From Botryllus schlosseri (Eukaryota), in contig CM119372.1 of assembly GCA_051294905.1 (NCBI GenBank), forward strand, positions 11,346,001-11,410,000: 64,000 nucleotides of DNA, read 5' to 3'. The notes beneath the pieces were generated by a model. That model saw nothing but the letters and a program-made list of their open reading frames with translations. It made no database searches and was not told the DNA's origin. Of the stretch, positions 12,050 to 32,647 are shown one piece after another. The first letter of the stretch is position 1; the number at the start of each line of letters is the position of its first letter. The position numbers and the translations under genes are program-made.

Positions 12050-12276
12050 TTTTTTTTATAGTCATAACCTTAGTGCACATGTCGCTGTGTACGGCATTCC
12101 TAGTCTTGTGCCACCCCTCCATGCTATCCCAGTAATGCATGAGCGCCGAGCGGGGAAGTCATGGATACCAGTGTTACTAATCAGAGACTTAATCAGATTA
12201 TAGATACCCGGCCGGGGATCGAACCCACGGCCTACCAATAGCGAAGCCGGACGCTTCACCATTACGCTGTCTTGGC
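12050..12276 (-). mobile_element. tRNA-derived SINE
   Basis: Minus strand has an A-box-like AGCGTAATGGT and a B-box GGTTCGATCCC, an unpaired acceptor stem, a non-tRNA body and an A-rich tail. The tail motif GGTTATGACTA(n) recurs at about 11732-11748 (+). Confidence 0.7.
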
Positions 12277-12549
12277 AGTTCGCAAGAATAAACTGCACGT
12301 GTTCCTAGCCCGCCTAATTAGTTAGCTTCCACTAAATAACTGATGAGCAGCAATTTCGAAACGAGTTTACCCCCAACTTGGAAAAGAAATGGTCCACCAT
12401 TGCCAATTATTTCGTCTGACAAATTTTAAGTGAGATATTGTCATATTGTATTCTAGTTTTCAGATGTGTATCCTGTAAAAAAAGTCTGCCAGATGACTGA
12501 GAGAGCATGTTTGCTTGTGTTGACAAAGATGTGTCGTACCAAATTAAGA

Positions 12550-13401
12550 ATCATCATTGGTTTATTAGCAATTTTATCAGTTCAATACACCACAAAATGC
12601 GATACAATGAAAAGATAGGGAGGTGTCGAAGCGACTTGGAGTAGTCTATGGAAGACACCCACCTTGGCCTAGGCGATGTCAACTGGAGGCGTATGCACAG
12701 TGCACACTGAATGAAAAGTCAGGGTTGCAATGACTGGAGTCACGATTTTCTGATGACTCGAGTCATTTTCTCAAAATACGGAAATGACTCGACTCGAGTC
12801 AATCTGTGTATTGACTCGACTTGGACTCGAGTCATTGCGCATGACTCGAACCAAATCATATGAGTCGTGACTCAGACGGCCAAGACCGACATTTCATTGT
12901 AATTTCGAAGAATAGTAAAAAGTAACCACATTATTGGGATTTCGTCTATTGGTACTGGTATACATTATAAATGCGAACCATTCGATATCACCAAGCAGCG
13001 AGGTATAAAAAGTGGGTTTAACGAGACTTTAACTGGAAACGGAGCAGTCATCACAATGACTTATTGGACTCAGACTCGAGTCATGATACCATGACTCGGA
13101 CTCAACCCTCTGATCGATGACTTGGACTCGGTGGTGAATTCAAAATGACTCGACTTGCCTCGAGTCAAAACTATAAAAGTGGGATTGAATTGTGACTCGA
13201 GGCCTTGTGACTTGGTTACAACCCTGTGAAAAGTTAATAAGATAGTATAGGAAAAAAGCAAGCAACAAGAAATGGGGTGGCATGTCATGGAAGGCGAGAT
13301 CGATAGGTCAGTCGTGGTCCGGTAATCTTGAGGATGGACTAGTATTCATTTAGTATAGTAATTTATTGTATTTCGACTTGAATGTGGACATGCTCGTCGA
13401 C
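12550..13401 (-). repeat. Interspersed repeat family D (probable retroelement 3' part ending AATAAACCAATGATGAT), interrupted by a hAT MITE
   Basis: Reverse-complement homology to 33243-33572; further pieces at about 23060-23500 and 34536-34578. Confidence 0.7.
12720..13226. mobile_element. hAT-type MITE (family B2, TIR CAGGGTTG, GACTCGAGTC arrays)
   Basis: TIR cagggttgcaa/ttacaaccctg; perfect TSD tgaaaagt. Confidence 0.92.
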
Positions 13402-14066
13402 CGTCGGATGGCCGGTGGGATACTGTTCAACACCTAAGGTCCGGCATATTTGATGGAGCGATGATGGATGATGGATGGATTCCGCGCATAGTTTGTATTT
13501 GCGAGTAAATTCGGTTTATTTGCACGAGTATCATGTAATTGAAGTCGATAAGTAAACAGCCCTATTGATTATTTGCCTTGAATTATGCAAATCAGTAGTT
13601 GAGAACATTTTGCGATCTACGTGGTTGCGTGATCTTTATCCACTTGGCATACCCCTTACCTTTCAAAATGGAAGGACGTGTAGATTTTACGGCATGCAAA
13701 CTCAAATGAGGAATAGCCGAAATTGAGCAGGCGACAAAGAGGTACTTTACAAGGTCTGAATAGAGGACAATTCGCTTCGTAAAAATCGATCCGGTAATCT
13801 CAATACACGCGCTAGTATTTAATCTATTTTTATGATGGAAACTGCTAAAATACGGAACAGACTCTCTATTCCGACTCGACACTTTCGCTATATAGTACGC
13901 TGGTACCGTTCGGCGTTCGTTAGGCTGCGACCGTAGATGGATTGAAGAAACGTAAACTCGAATAACCACAATCAATAGTCAACATTGCATTGGCTGCTAA
14001 GCTGTTTTTAACGCAACAATCGTGTGTTGTGTGCCAAGGATATTCGACAGGGATAGTGCGACAGAA

Positions 14067-21389
<7,323 letters not shown>

Positions 21390-22367
21390 TTTGCGATCCG
21401 TCGCCTGGCGTCAATCGAGGCCGAGTTATTACTCTTCTCAGGTTTTGTTGACACGTAGTATGACGTCACAACGAACGCGAGGCGTCACTCTCGTTACCAC
21501 CTAGGGTGTCCGTGACATAACAGGCCGAATCATGATGTCGACTTAAGGTATCCGGGATGCCTGCCTGCTCGTTCCGAAGGTGTACCGCGTGAACGAGCTT
21601 CGGAAAGTCGTTGAAAGCGGGACCGTTAGTGTTCTGCACGTATTTTATTGGTGCACCATAATTCGTTTGTCTTGTTTCGAGAAATTTAACTATTGATAAT
21701 TGCACTGACGTGTCGAACGATGTCATTTTTTCGCGCGTTGGGGCTGGAAAATATACTAAATATCATTGTATTGTCAATGATTAGTAATTCGACGGGGTAG
21801 GTGTCTGTAAGAGATTCGACAGTTGGGCTGCGAAGGCTTGTGTAAACAAGGAATAGGTTGGTATTGGGCAAGTATTCCCGATGACTAAACGTTTGAAAGT
21901 CGCCGATCCTACGGGCCAGGGGGATGACTCTGACAGGTAACTCATTATCCCTCTGGAAACTGGTAGGGCTGTTTTTCCAGATTTGCTGATTGAATCGTCT
22001 GGTTACCCTAAGAAACGCTGCACACCAAATTTGGTTAAATTTTAACAAGTATAAGCCGCCGCAGAGCCAGTTTACATTTTTATTAAAATTTAAAAAAATT
22101 CATATTTTTCTGTTAACCCCATTATATTGTTGAGTAACTTGAGCTGTCTTCAAAAACGATGCAAAACAAATTTGACTTGATTCCGATCCGTAGAAGCGGA
22201 GTTATTTGAGTTTTTCATTAATAATTCTGGGATTACCAACCGTCAATGCTATTTTTGCAAATCCATAACTTTCAAGTACAATAACTTCACTTCTACGGTT
22301 GAGGAATGCGGACCCGCGGCAAACAAGGCTGAGATCAGTGGAAGTGCCATTTTAAAGCGCCACCTAC

Positions 22368-22950
22368 CAGTGTTGGGATCAAGTCACGACCTTCGAGTCA
22401 CGAGCCTTTCCGAGTTATTGCACATTTTGACTCAAGTCAAGTCAATCGATTTTCGAAGGTGACTCGAGTCAAGTCAAGTCACTCGATTTTTGAAGGTGAC
22501 TCGAATCAAGTCAAGTCCAGTCACGAGTCAAGTCACAATTCAAGTCAAGTTGACTTTCGAAGGATGAGGCATGATAACGTCATTGCATTTTGCTAGCTGG
22601 CTGAAATACAGATTGGGTGGTCATTTATTTTGAACCGATGAATGAATATAGGGTTTAATAGCCTATGCCCGCAAGAAGGCGCTGTTTCGCTCACATATAC
22701 GTGGAACTGCTAAACTACGTGAGTAATTGCATAGCCTCAATTTATAGCTACCAGCCAGAATAGAGAAACGAATTGATAAGATGCAGTACATTGCCCATTA
22801 ACAAATTGATATGATACAATTCGAGCTTGCGCTAATGGTTGAGGACTATATAGACTATATTCGAATTCAATTTGGTTAAGGTAAGAACAGGTAGCAGAAA
22901 TATATTTTGCTATTAAATTACCAAGTTACTATATTAGTTTACGACAACGT
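22368..22950. mobile_element. Right-truncated family B1 MITE
   Basis: Left TIR cagtgttgggatcaagtcac and about 580 bp collinear with 17567 and 55623; no right TIR found. Confidence 0.8.
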
Positions 22951-23149
22951 AAGCTGTAAGCTTCGATCACTTCGTTTGCGATGAATGTATTTGTGAGAGA
23001 ACAACGGAGGCTCAGTAATCAATCAATCAGTTTTATAAATATTTTCATCATTTCAAAACACCACAAAACTGCGATACAACGAAAAGATAGAAAGGTGTCG
23101 AAACGACTTGAAGTAGTCTTTGAGATCAGACACCCACCTTGGCCTAGGC

Positions 23150-23487
23150 CAGTGGTTCCCAACGTGGGCGATATCGCCCCCCCCCCCCCCAGGGGTAGAT
23201 TTGGCGGCCTAGGGGGGCGTAAATGGACAAAGGGGGCGATAACGCGTTAAAACGGCTATATTGGAGTCAAGACGGAGAAATGACCTTTTTTTAGACAACC
23301 CACGGAAATTTAGTTAAAAAAGTGTAAAATTCGACAACGAGCCGAAAAGTGGACCTTTTTTTAGTCAACCCGCCGATGATTACAGATTGTATACCGATTT
23401 TTCGGTTCACAAAATCTGGGGGGGGGGCGATGATCGGCGCTAAGCTTGAAAAGGGGTCAATGACTCGAAAAAGGTTGGGAACCACTA
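23150..23487. mobile_element. hAT-type MITE (TIR CAGTGGTTCCCAAC) inserted in repeat D
   Basis: Ends cagtggttcccaac/gttgggaaccacta; perfect TSD gcctaggc. Confidence 0.9.
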
Positions 23488-26400
23488 GCCTAGGCGAAGT
23501 AAAGACCAGGCGCAGTGCTCCTGTATAAGTTTCGGGAACCACAATAAATGCTATCGTGAACAATCGTTATTATAGTTTAACATGTTTTCGGAATCGTAAT
23601 CGACTACTGCGTAATTGTAATGGCACCTGCCTGTAGCATTCATAGTCGCAATCGGTTACATTGATGGAGCAATCGCCCAATGTCTAAGTCTCACATGACA
23701 GTGTTTACGCCAAGTTGAAAACGTGGGCCTTTATGGTAATCTCACAATGTAATGACGTAGCCGAAAATATATCCCCAATTTTTGCAGCGTGTCGTTAAAG
23801 AGCTGCGATGCAGCTTATATTCACTGTGTGGAAACGTCTGATGACTTGTTACATGAATTTACTAGAGTCAAACGTCTCAAGAATATGAGTGATATAGCAG
23901 AGTATAAAAATGACTAATAGCAGAGCCTCGTGGATTAGCTATCTCGTAATAGCCAGTTGGCGACAATTAAATTTGCAAGTGAAATTGAAAATATTTTCTT
24001 TCAAAAGTAATAAATTACCGTAGGCGTATTGAATTGATGACGTTAAGGGCTATTCCGTAGCTTTTGTCGAATTTCTCAAATCTTCAATGTCGAAATGGAC
24101 GATCATATGTGCTGAAAACGAGACTTATAGTGCGCGCAGGCCAAATGAGCAATCTGTTGTAATACTTTCTTACCTCAATGGGGAATTGTCTCACCGGCTG
24201 TTGGTCTATCAACATAAAATTAACTATTTACCTGGCAGGTGATTGTATAACCTTGATCGACCGTGTGCATTTATTAAATCCACCACGGATATCTCGCTTG
24301 TTATTCAGGACTGCACAGTGCGCACAATAAATGGACGTTGAACATTTAATTATTTATGACTTTGAAAGGACGAGATTTCACAGCTTTTCCGATAAAAATA
24401 TATATATTCTAAACTAAATGCTGATTTTGCGTTTGCATGTCAATATGCTGACGAAAGCAACTAAAAGCGGAAATCTTGTCCCGCTTGCAATTAAACCTAT
24501 AATTATACGATGTTTGGGTCTTGGATTGTAGGACATGTCCCTCGGTTGTGATTGCATGCGTCACAGTTTCCATTCATCACTTTATATTTTACCATCACGA
24601 GTCAAAATCTCGTAAAGCCTTACGTCCGCCAAGTATTCCCAAGTGAAGTGAACGGTGACTGGAATCTGTCAATCTCTTAAATTTCAATTGATCCCCTAAT
24701 ATAGGTTATAGGGATAATTGGATTTTCCAAATCCGGATTAGACACCCATTCAGGCCTCAGTGAGTGAAAGTAATGAGTCTCGAGCAACATTGGTAGATTT
24801 GAAATTGCAAACTTCGTATTTTGCGAGGTTGTTGTTTGAAGTCAAAGCGCATGACCCTTTCCCCTTCGTGTCGTATTGTTTGTGGTTTTCTTTGACGCTA
24901 CTCAAATTATAGTGTGTAATGTGAAGTGTCATATATTTATATGGAATATTGTATCTTACTAATCATACTGTTTCCGCTTATTGCTTACTCTCAATTTAAC
25001 TTGCAACTTTACATTTCAACACTAGAATGATCCCTTGTGCGTATGGAGGTGTCCCAAAGCGACGTCGCTACAACCTCATAATTTTCACATTTATCGAACC
25101 ATATTCTCCTCACTAACGCCAATCCTCATTTGGTGCGAAATGGCGACGTTATGACTGGTATACGAAACCATTTTCTTTATACAATATCTCGACCGTAGGC
25201 AACATCATAAATGGCTATACTTTATTTACACACTTAAAAAATGTCAGCTTTTCAGGCCCATTCACCATTATCGGTATTGATATTTGATGGAAAGTCATTA
25301 TTGACCCAGCTAACTGTTTAGGAATATATCTCAGCGGAGACCAATAGTAATACCTCCAGTGACTTCATCGATTGCAATCGACAGACTCTCGCTTATTTAT
25401 TTACTTCAAGAGGTCCTGGTTTTCGCAATTTTGGAAATCGTCGATATCGAAGAATGCCGAGTTTTCATTGGTCTATATTGGCGATTGCATCGACCACTTG
25501 GGTATATACAGATTTGATTTTAGGTTTGTCCATGTCCAAACGTTGTGTCTACTGTATTAGATTACTCTCTTAACCTATACACATGCTGGATAGATGAATG
25601 AATATTGCATATACCAGAGGGGATTGGATTGAATTGTCTTAAATATCAAAAATCGGTAAAGGCCGTGCATCGTTTTAAGTAATGAATATAGTCAGGGATG
25701 TGCGAATCGCAAGCTGCATCGACCATTGAAGCCTTATCCACATATGTGTATTTAATCAGAGGGCCAGTCAAAACAACTAGTACTGATTCATTCAGATCGA
25801 TATAAAGGAGTGACAACAGTTTACTCATAAACAACGAATTATTATTATTATATCGAGTGTTTTGCTTCTTTGTGTGATGACAAATATATCGACCGCAACT
25901 ACAAAGGAACTCCCATGATGCACATTTTCATCGCTACTATATATCAATATCGACACGAGTTGCCAAAGAGAATTTCGAAGAAATCTCTGGGAGCGTGTAG
26001 CAAAAAAAAAATACTCTCGATTGCCGTTTGAAGCTTGCTAGGGTTCATTTTTCCGCCTTACAGAGTAAGATTGTAGGCTAGTTAGGAAGTTTTCAAAATA
26101 TATAGAGGAACGCTCAGACATTGGACATGGACGCTAGCACGGCAAGAAATGAATTTTTAACAGGGCTGATACAAGAATCGTCGACCATATCTGTAAGTGT
26201 AGTGATATCGCATTCTACATACTACCGCATAACTATATATAATTTTCTTTGGTCATGTATTGTATTTGGTTGTATAAATATATAGTGATGTGACATCCAA
26301 TTACAATGTACCCGTTGTTTGTATTCGGGAAGTAGTTGATCAGTAACTGCGTTGTGGTCATTCGAATTGACTTTGCCACTTAAAAATAGGTTTATTCGGT

Positions 26401-29398
26401 GGATATCCGAATAACCGAATATGAAACCGAATTAAACAAGTGTTAGTTAGAGCCATAAAATGAATTCAACTTACAATAGTCCATTGCACTCGGCAATTTT
26501 GTTACATAATACAAACATAGCAATACCGTAGCACTGTAGCAATACTATCTAAATGACATGATATATTCACAATATTGAATAATGGCCCCATGGGAAATAG
26601 AAAATCTACGATAAAATAACGGCAGCGACCTGTCACTAGAATCGCAATCAATATGCGCGTAATAGGCTACATAATATCTCGCCGATGCACTAAAATTACA
26701 GAACTACAGATCTATTCAATATACTTCTGTCTTCAAATCGTTGCGGTGAGTCATCGCTGTGAAAGCAAAAAGTATCCTGCCGGGGACTGAACTGACTTTT
26801 GTAATGAGAAAAAATCGGAGTGAGAATAATATTTACATAGTATTGGCGATGTGAGTACAAAAGCCTTAACTGAGAGTGAAACTTATCACAATTAGTGATT
26901 TCCACTGCCTGAAACGATCGCAGAACGCCTCAATACAGTTTCTAGGGCGCGCTTTACATGCCGTCTCACAGGTTTACTTCCTTACGATCTATATTTCGAA
27001 AGCGCGTAGGCTCACGGGATCATGTTAAAATTGTGGTATGCAACAGCATCCACAAAATTCGACTTAAAGCAGGATTTTAGATGTACGAAAATTGTCTTAT
27101 CGGAAGGCGAAATTGCATGAAAAAATGAAGTCGCTATATGCTTTTAAACCGAGACTGTAATAAAGGTACACAAAAAGTTATGTTGTTGCTCAATTGATGA
27201 AACATATCATAAAATTTGGTATGCAACATCAAGGTGCATGGTGAAAATTACGAATCCCAAACATTAGCGTGCAAGAATTGTTTTTCTCTTTTACATTAAT
27301 TTTTATTTCGTTAAAATCATAATTCAGTGATGTTTTCGTAGGACTTGCAAATGTACAGGCCTCTATACATTATTTTATTCCCTCAAATCTACACAAAATG
27401 CCGTAAAAGTCATTCATCCCAGCTTTTAATACCGAAGAGTACAATCACCGGATGCATAGTGATTTGCAAATCGGCAATTGACTTTTCGCGACTGCGTGAA
27501 ATCATTTTCACCACTCACCGAGTGTTCCCTTTCATTAACCTGCACACGGATGAGGCAAACATCTCAATTATTCATCATGTCGGTATTTCGCCGTCATTAG
27601 AGCGGGGGTAAAGGCTTTTCGCTACCTATTTAAACCATCAGTGCTGAGCGTGATGTAGATTGACTGATTTTAACATATGAACCTATAAAATGTGCGCCAA
27701 TGCATTTGATTTTTAGTGTAAGACGAAACCATTAATGTGCGTCCACCGGATGAATGAATAAATTTGTGACTGCTAATTTCTCTCAGATATTCTTGATATA
27801 AATTCAATTAAGACATGAACCTCGAATGTTTGTATATTTTTATGTCATGGTCACTTGTATATGTTAAACATTACATATAAAATTTCATTATTAGGCTTAT
27901 TGGTATGCATGTGCAACTGTGAAGTGTGTACGATACAGAATGCTTGAAAGTTATACCACTTCTATATTCGAGATATCTTCATGTGAAAAGAAACGTCCGT
28001 CAGAATAAGCTGCGTAACAGCAATTATGTGTGACTTTCGCGCATTATCCATGAGTTATGCGTAAAGAGGTAAATTTGCGTCATGACGGCATTTGCAAAAT
28101 CAACCATAACGTATTACGTCAGAAATCTCCCTCAATGAAAATTTCCGGAAATCCGCCGAGGATAATTCCATGCACTTGGTATCGCAGATCGGTGCGTTTC
28201 GACGGCTTGAGGCATACGAGCCGTATTAAAAAATTTGCACATTTTATGATCAACCCAATGTGCCATGGCAGAAATTCGGTAATATTAATAGTAGGCTGTA
28301 TTTAACCAGCTTCTAAAATAGCATAAATTTCATCTTCAAATTCAACAGCAGCCCTGTCGTCACGGAGGGTGAAAATGTCTCCGCCTAACTGCGTCGACAT
28401 AAATCCATGACGTAAAGTCATTTACTTCGTTTCCATGCACGGTCGACGGACGGCCGAAAGGCCATGACGGTTGCGTTGTACATGTCGGTCGTGTTTCCAT
28501 GGCCAGGCGTAATCCGACCGTGACTTGGCCGAACTAGGTGGGTGAAGCGTCCGCGATGACGTTTTTGGCTTACTTACTCAGTAATAATTTCACCATATCA
28601 CAAGATTGCGATAAAATGACTTTATAGGAATGAGCTGAGACGACTTGTAACGGTCATTCAATCAAACAACCCGCTTTCACCTAGAACACGTAAGCCTAAA
28701 TCCAACATGTAAAATTATCATGATGAACCACTTAATTAAGACTAACAAAAGATAAAATAAGATGAAGAAAAGATGAAAATTATGTGGCATATCTTAGTAT
28801 GTGAGCGATACAGATATGGGATATCGTGGTCCTATAATTTCGAGTGCAGACTAGTAACTTGTTGTCTAATGTCTAGCCAGTTTACAGGTAGGCTACTACT
28901 GTTTCGTCCGTAATGATAATGATTCAGAGATGGACTCCGAGTGTCTTGTTAATGACTGGCTTACCAAGGGACTGTGAATAAGATTTTAAGTTCACCGAGT
29001 TTGTATCCATGTAACAGAAAACAAACCCTCGAAGTCGAATTGTGGCAGCAGCGTATGTGAGCAGATCACGAATAAGATTTCGGTAGGCTATGGATGATTC
29101 CCAACAGTACCGGTACTGCTGAATTCCGTTGCAATCATAATAATTAAACTCCTGGTTTCTCAATGCGTCCAAGATCGGTCCGGAGTGTCAGCCATGGTTA
29201 ATTTGATACGAAAAATGTCTTGTAAGTAGCAAATAGCAATCAGCCGATCGAAGATACCGCACCAGCTTGGCCGAAGCCGAACGGACAAGTCGCCCGACGT
29301 GGGTGTGCTGCGCAACAAAAATTTCTCGTTCGTCGGCCGAGTCTCTCGAAAACGAGCCCATCGGCCGTGCATGGGAACGCCGTAATTATTAAAAACAC

Positions 29399-31609
29399 CA
29401 GGGTTGTAATGACTCGAGTCAGACTCGAGTCGCGATTTTTTTTGTGACTCGACTTGACTGGAGTAATTTTCTTAAAAGTGAAAATGACTCGACTCGACTC
29501 GAGTCAAGTTGTGTATTGACTCGACTTGTACTCGAGTCATTGCGCAATGCGCATGACTCGGACCAAGTCATATGACTGGAGACTGGGTCTACCAAGACAG
29601 GCATTTCATTGTAATTTCGAAGAATAGTAAAGTTATCTCACTGTTAATATTTGGTCTATCAGTACTGGTACTTGACAATGCTACCAGAGACTGTTAAAAG
29701 TGAGGAAAATCAGTGTATTATTAATGCGAAGCATTCGATATCGCCGATCAGCGTTGCAAAAAGTGGATTTCACATGACATTAACTCGGAACTGAACAGTC
29801 AACACAGTGGCTTGGACTCGGACTCGAGTCAAAACACTATGACTCGGACTCGACACTCTAATCCAGGGGTTCTCAACTTTTCTTGTATAACGGGCCGCAT
29901 TTCAACAGCAAAAGACGCTGCGGGCCGCAGATCATTATTTTTTTATGTATTTGTGGGCTACTATTAAATTTAGGCTACCGTAGCCTATTTACCAGTCGTA
30001 TACGGGCGTTTGGTACATTTTTATGCATCCTAAAGCATTAATGGACAGAGTTCGTAAGTTTGCAGTTTTTTGTGAGAATATTAATTATCTTCCAGCGGCG
30101 CATATCTCGTCATTGAGCGTGCATTGCATTAGTTGCCAAGTCGTTTATGCACCTTCAAACCCTTCCACCAACCAGAGAGAGAACCGAACTCTCTGTTTCA
30201 ATGCGTGAGTGGGCAAGTATAAAATTACGGTAACTTTTTCATTACAGAGGCCATTATCACTTTGAGCTCTCAGTGATATGAGAAGTCTGGCGTTCGGGTC
30301 ATTTCTGAACAAACCAGCAATCAACCCCACTCCTTTCCTTCCATGGTTGGAGTCCTGCACCAATCGTCGCTATGGAATCAAAGTGACTTATGTCCATTTT
30401 ACACATTTTGAGAAAATTGACTTTACGTAAAGTTTTCATCTTCTTTCATCCACATATTGGCCATGATTAACTTTGAATTAATGAGACAGACATAACAATG
30501 GCTAAGACATGGCCGAAAAAAATTGAAATATTTTCATACACTTTGATTCCACTGCGACGCAATAGTCATACAGATAAAAGTCAGCTTTGTTAAGTTGATG
30601 CTTTTCGCGGGCCCCTCCCCGCGTTTGCCCTGCCAGCATTTCCACTCTGATAAAAAGCACCCAGCAGATAATTAGCTATGCAATGTCAGTGGGCTCGTCC
30701 GATGCTAGGCTAAAGTAGTCTACGCGGCAACGTATTTCACAACATGCGATGAATGATCAACTGACATTGTTGTTACTATTCTGGTCACGGTTGAATCAGA
30801 CAAATGTAGCTTCAAAATTTGTCAGGTGATGTTGTCCTTGCTGTTAACTTCCGGAAGCAGCGAATATTCGCACAGTATGTTAAAGTTTTATTGAATTGAC
30901 ACCTTTTCTGGCAGATTTCATGGATTTAGCGATATTCCAAGCAATTTTGAACCATGCGTCTGTAACATCGTCGACAATTTTAACGATGCCTCGAAATATT
31001 GATTGGTGGGATTGACACCTAGCCAGCAATAATTTTTCTGACATCAGGCGATACGTATAACTTCAGAAGAAATTGTTGTGGTATAATTTTATGCTTCTAC
31101 GCTTCGTTACGACAATTGATCTTCGACAAATATGTCAAATCGGTTTTCCATTTATATCTGAGAAACCAAATTGATTGTTTCACTCAGAGTTACAAACCAA
31201 GTTCCATCGTTTAATTTACCGTTCTTTGTTCTTGCATCTGTTCAAACCATTCGCGGTAAGTGAAACACTCTTTAAAAGTGTAGGCCTACAACACAACAGA
31301 ATTGTCTTAAACCAGAGTCCAGCCGAAAATCGATTCAAAACGGTGCGATAAGAAAGTTAAGTAATATGTAACAATATCGTGCTAGTAGCAATTGCGCTTA
31401 TAATGAAAGATGTCGCGGGCCGCAAAATAACCGTCTGCGGACCGCATGCAGCCCGCGGGCCGTGGGTTGAGAACCCCTGCTCTAATCCATGACTTGGACT
31501 CTGACTTGACTCGGAGGTGAATTGAAAATGACTCGACTTGACTCGAGTCAAAACTATAAAAGTGAGATTGACTTGTGACTCAGAACCTAGTGACTTGGTT
31601 ACAACCCCG
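29399..31609. mobile_element. Family B2 MITE hosting a nested insertion
   Basis: Ends cagggttgtaa/ttacaaccccg; perfect TSD aaaaacac; homologous to 12720-13226 once 29864-31479 is removed. Confidence 0.9.
29864..31479. mobile_element. 1.6-kb non-autonomous hAT element (TIR CAGGGGTTCTCAAC)
   Basis: 14-bp perfect TIR; perfect TSD ctctaatc; subterminal GCGGGCCGC motifs; no long ORF. Confidence 0.92.
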
Positions 31610-32647
31610 AAAAACACCCATGGTGATTCTGAGCTCACTGATTAAACTCGCGTGACGAAACTGCTGATATAACATCTGCGTCGGATTCCATATAGCTACC
31701 GCTATTTCTAGTTAATCATGCTACATACATGCTGCTGCTGGTCTTTCAAAAATAATTACATTATTATGACATAATTACAAAAAAGCAATCACTTTCTTTT
31801 GAATGATTTTTGTTTTAACATATTTAAATTGGTGTGTCGTGTATAGGCCCCGGGTGTGTTTTGAAATCCGATTTGTTTTACACAACCCCAGGAATGAGGA
31901 CGTGAAGCTATATCCTAAAAAATGCACGACACATGTTGGAGGATTTCTTACTATTTCGGCCGCGACCAGCAATATAGTTTGTCGCAAGTTGAACGAGACA
32001 TAAAATACATTATTTGACCGTCCAGCTTTATTGATACCGGTAGCTGGCTACCTCTGATCATTGACTGCACGTTGACATGGCATCGCACGATATATGTCAC
32101 ATACCCTAAACCCAGTAGGATCACTTTCCTCCTCGCATATCCGAAATTCGATAGTCATAGATTATGTTTTGATTGATTTGTGTTTCAACTTGAATGTAGA
32201 ATTCACAACAAATAATCTTCTGGTGCGGCCAGAATTTCTATCACCTCTCGTTTAGATCGCCCTAGCTGATGCGTTACTGAATTGTGATAGGCCTACTATA
32301 TTTGGCCGTGGTGCATCACACGATATGACGACAAGTGCCACAATGTTTTATTTTCCGCAAATTGTAATAATCATAATCATAATAACTTTCAACATGGTTA
32401 CATCACGAAGAGAAATGCATAGCTGCAACGTAAGAATAATATACGAAAATGATCATTGTCCTTGTTCGTGGGTGGGACACCTGGTCAGCATGGACTTATC
32501 TATATGAAGCACCCGTGCTCCGTACTCCTGCAATTTCAGATGTAGAACTCTCTTGTGCTCTATCCTCTTGACGACATCGCAGTGCAACTATGCCGACATC
32601 TGACTGTAAATTTTGCAATATTTCAATTCAATTTTTCAGTTTACACA

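Noticed and set aside
12200-12276. Functional tRNA gene
   Set aside because: Acceptor and anticodon stems do not pair, and it continues into a SINE-like body and A tail.
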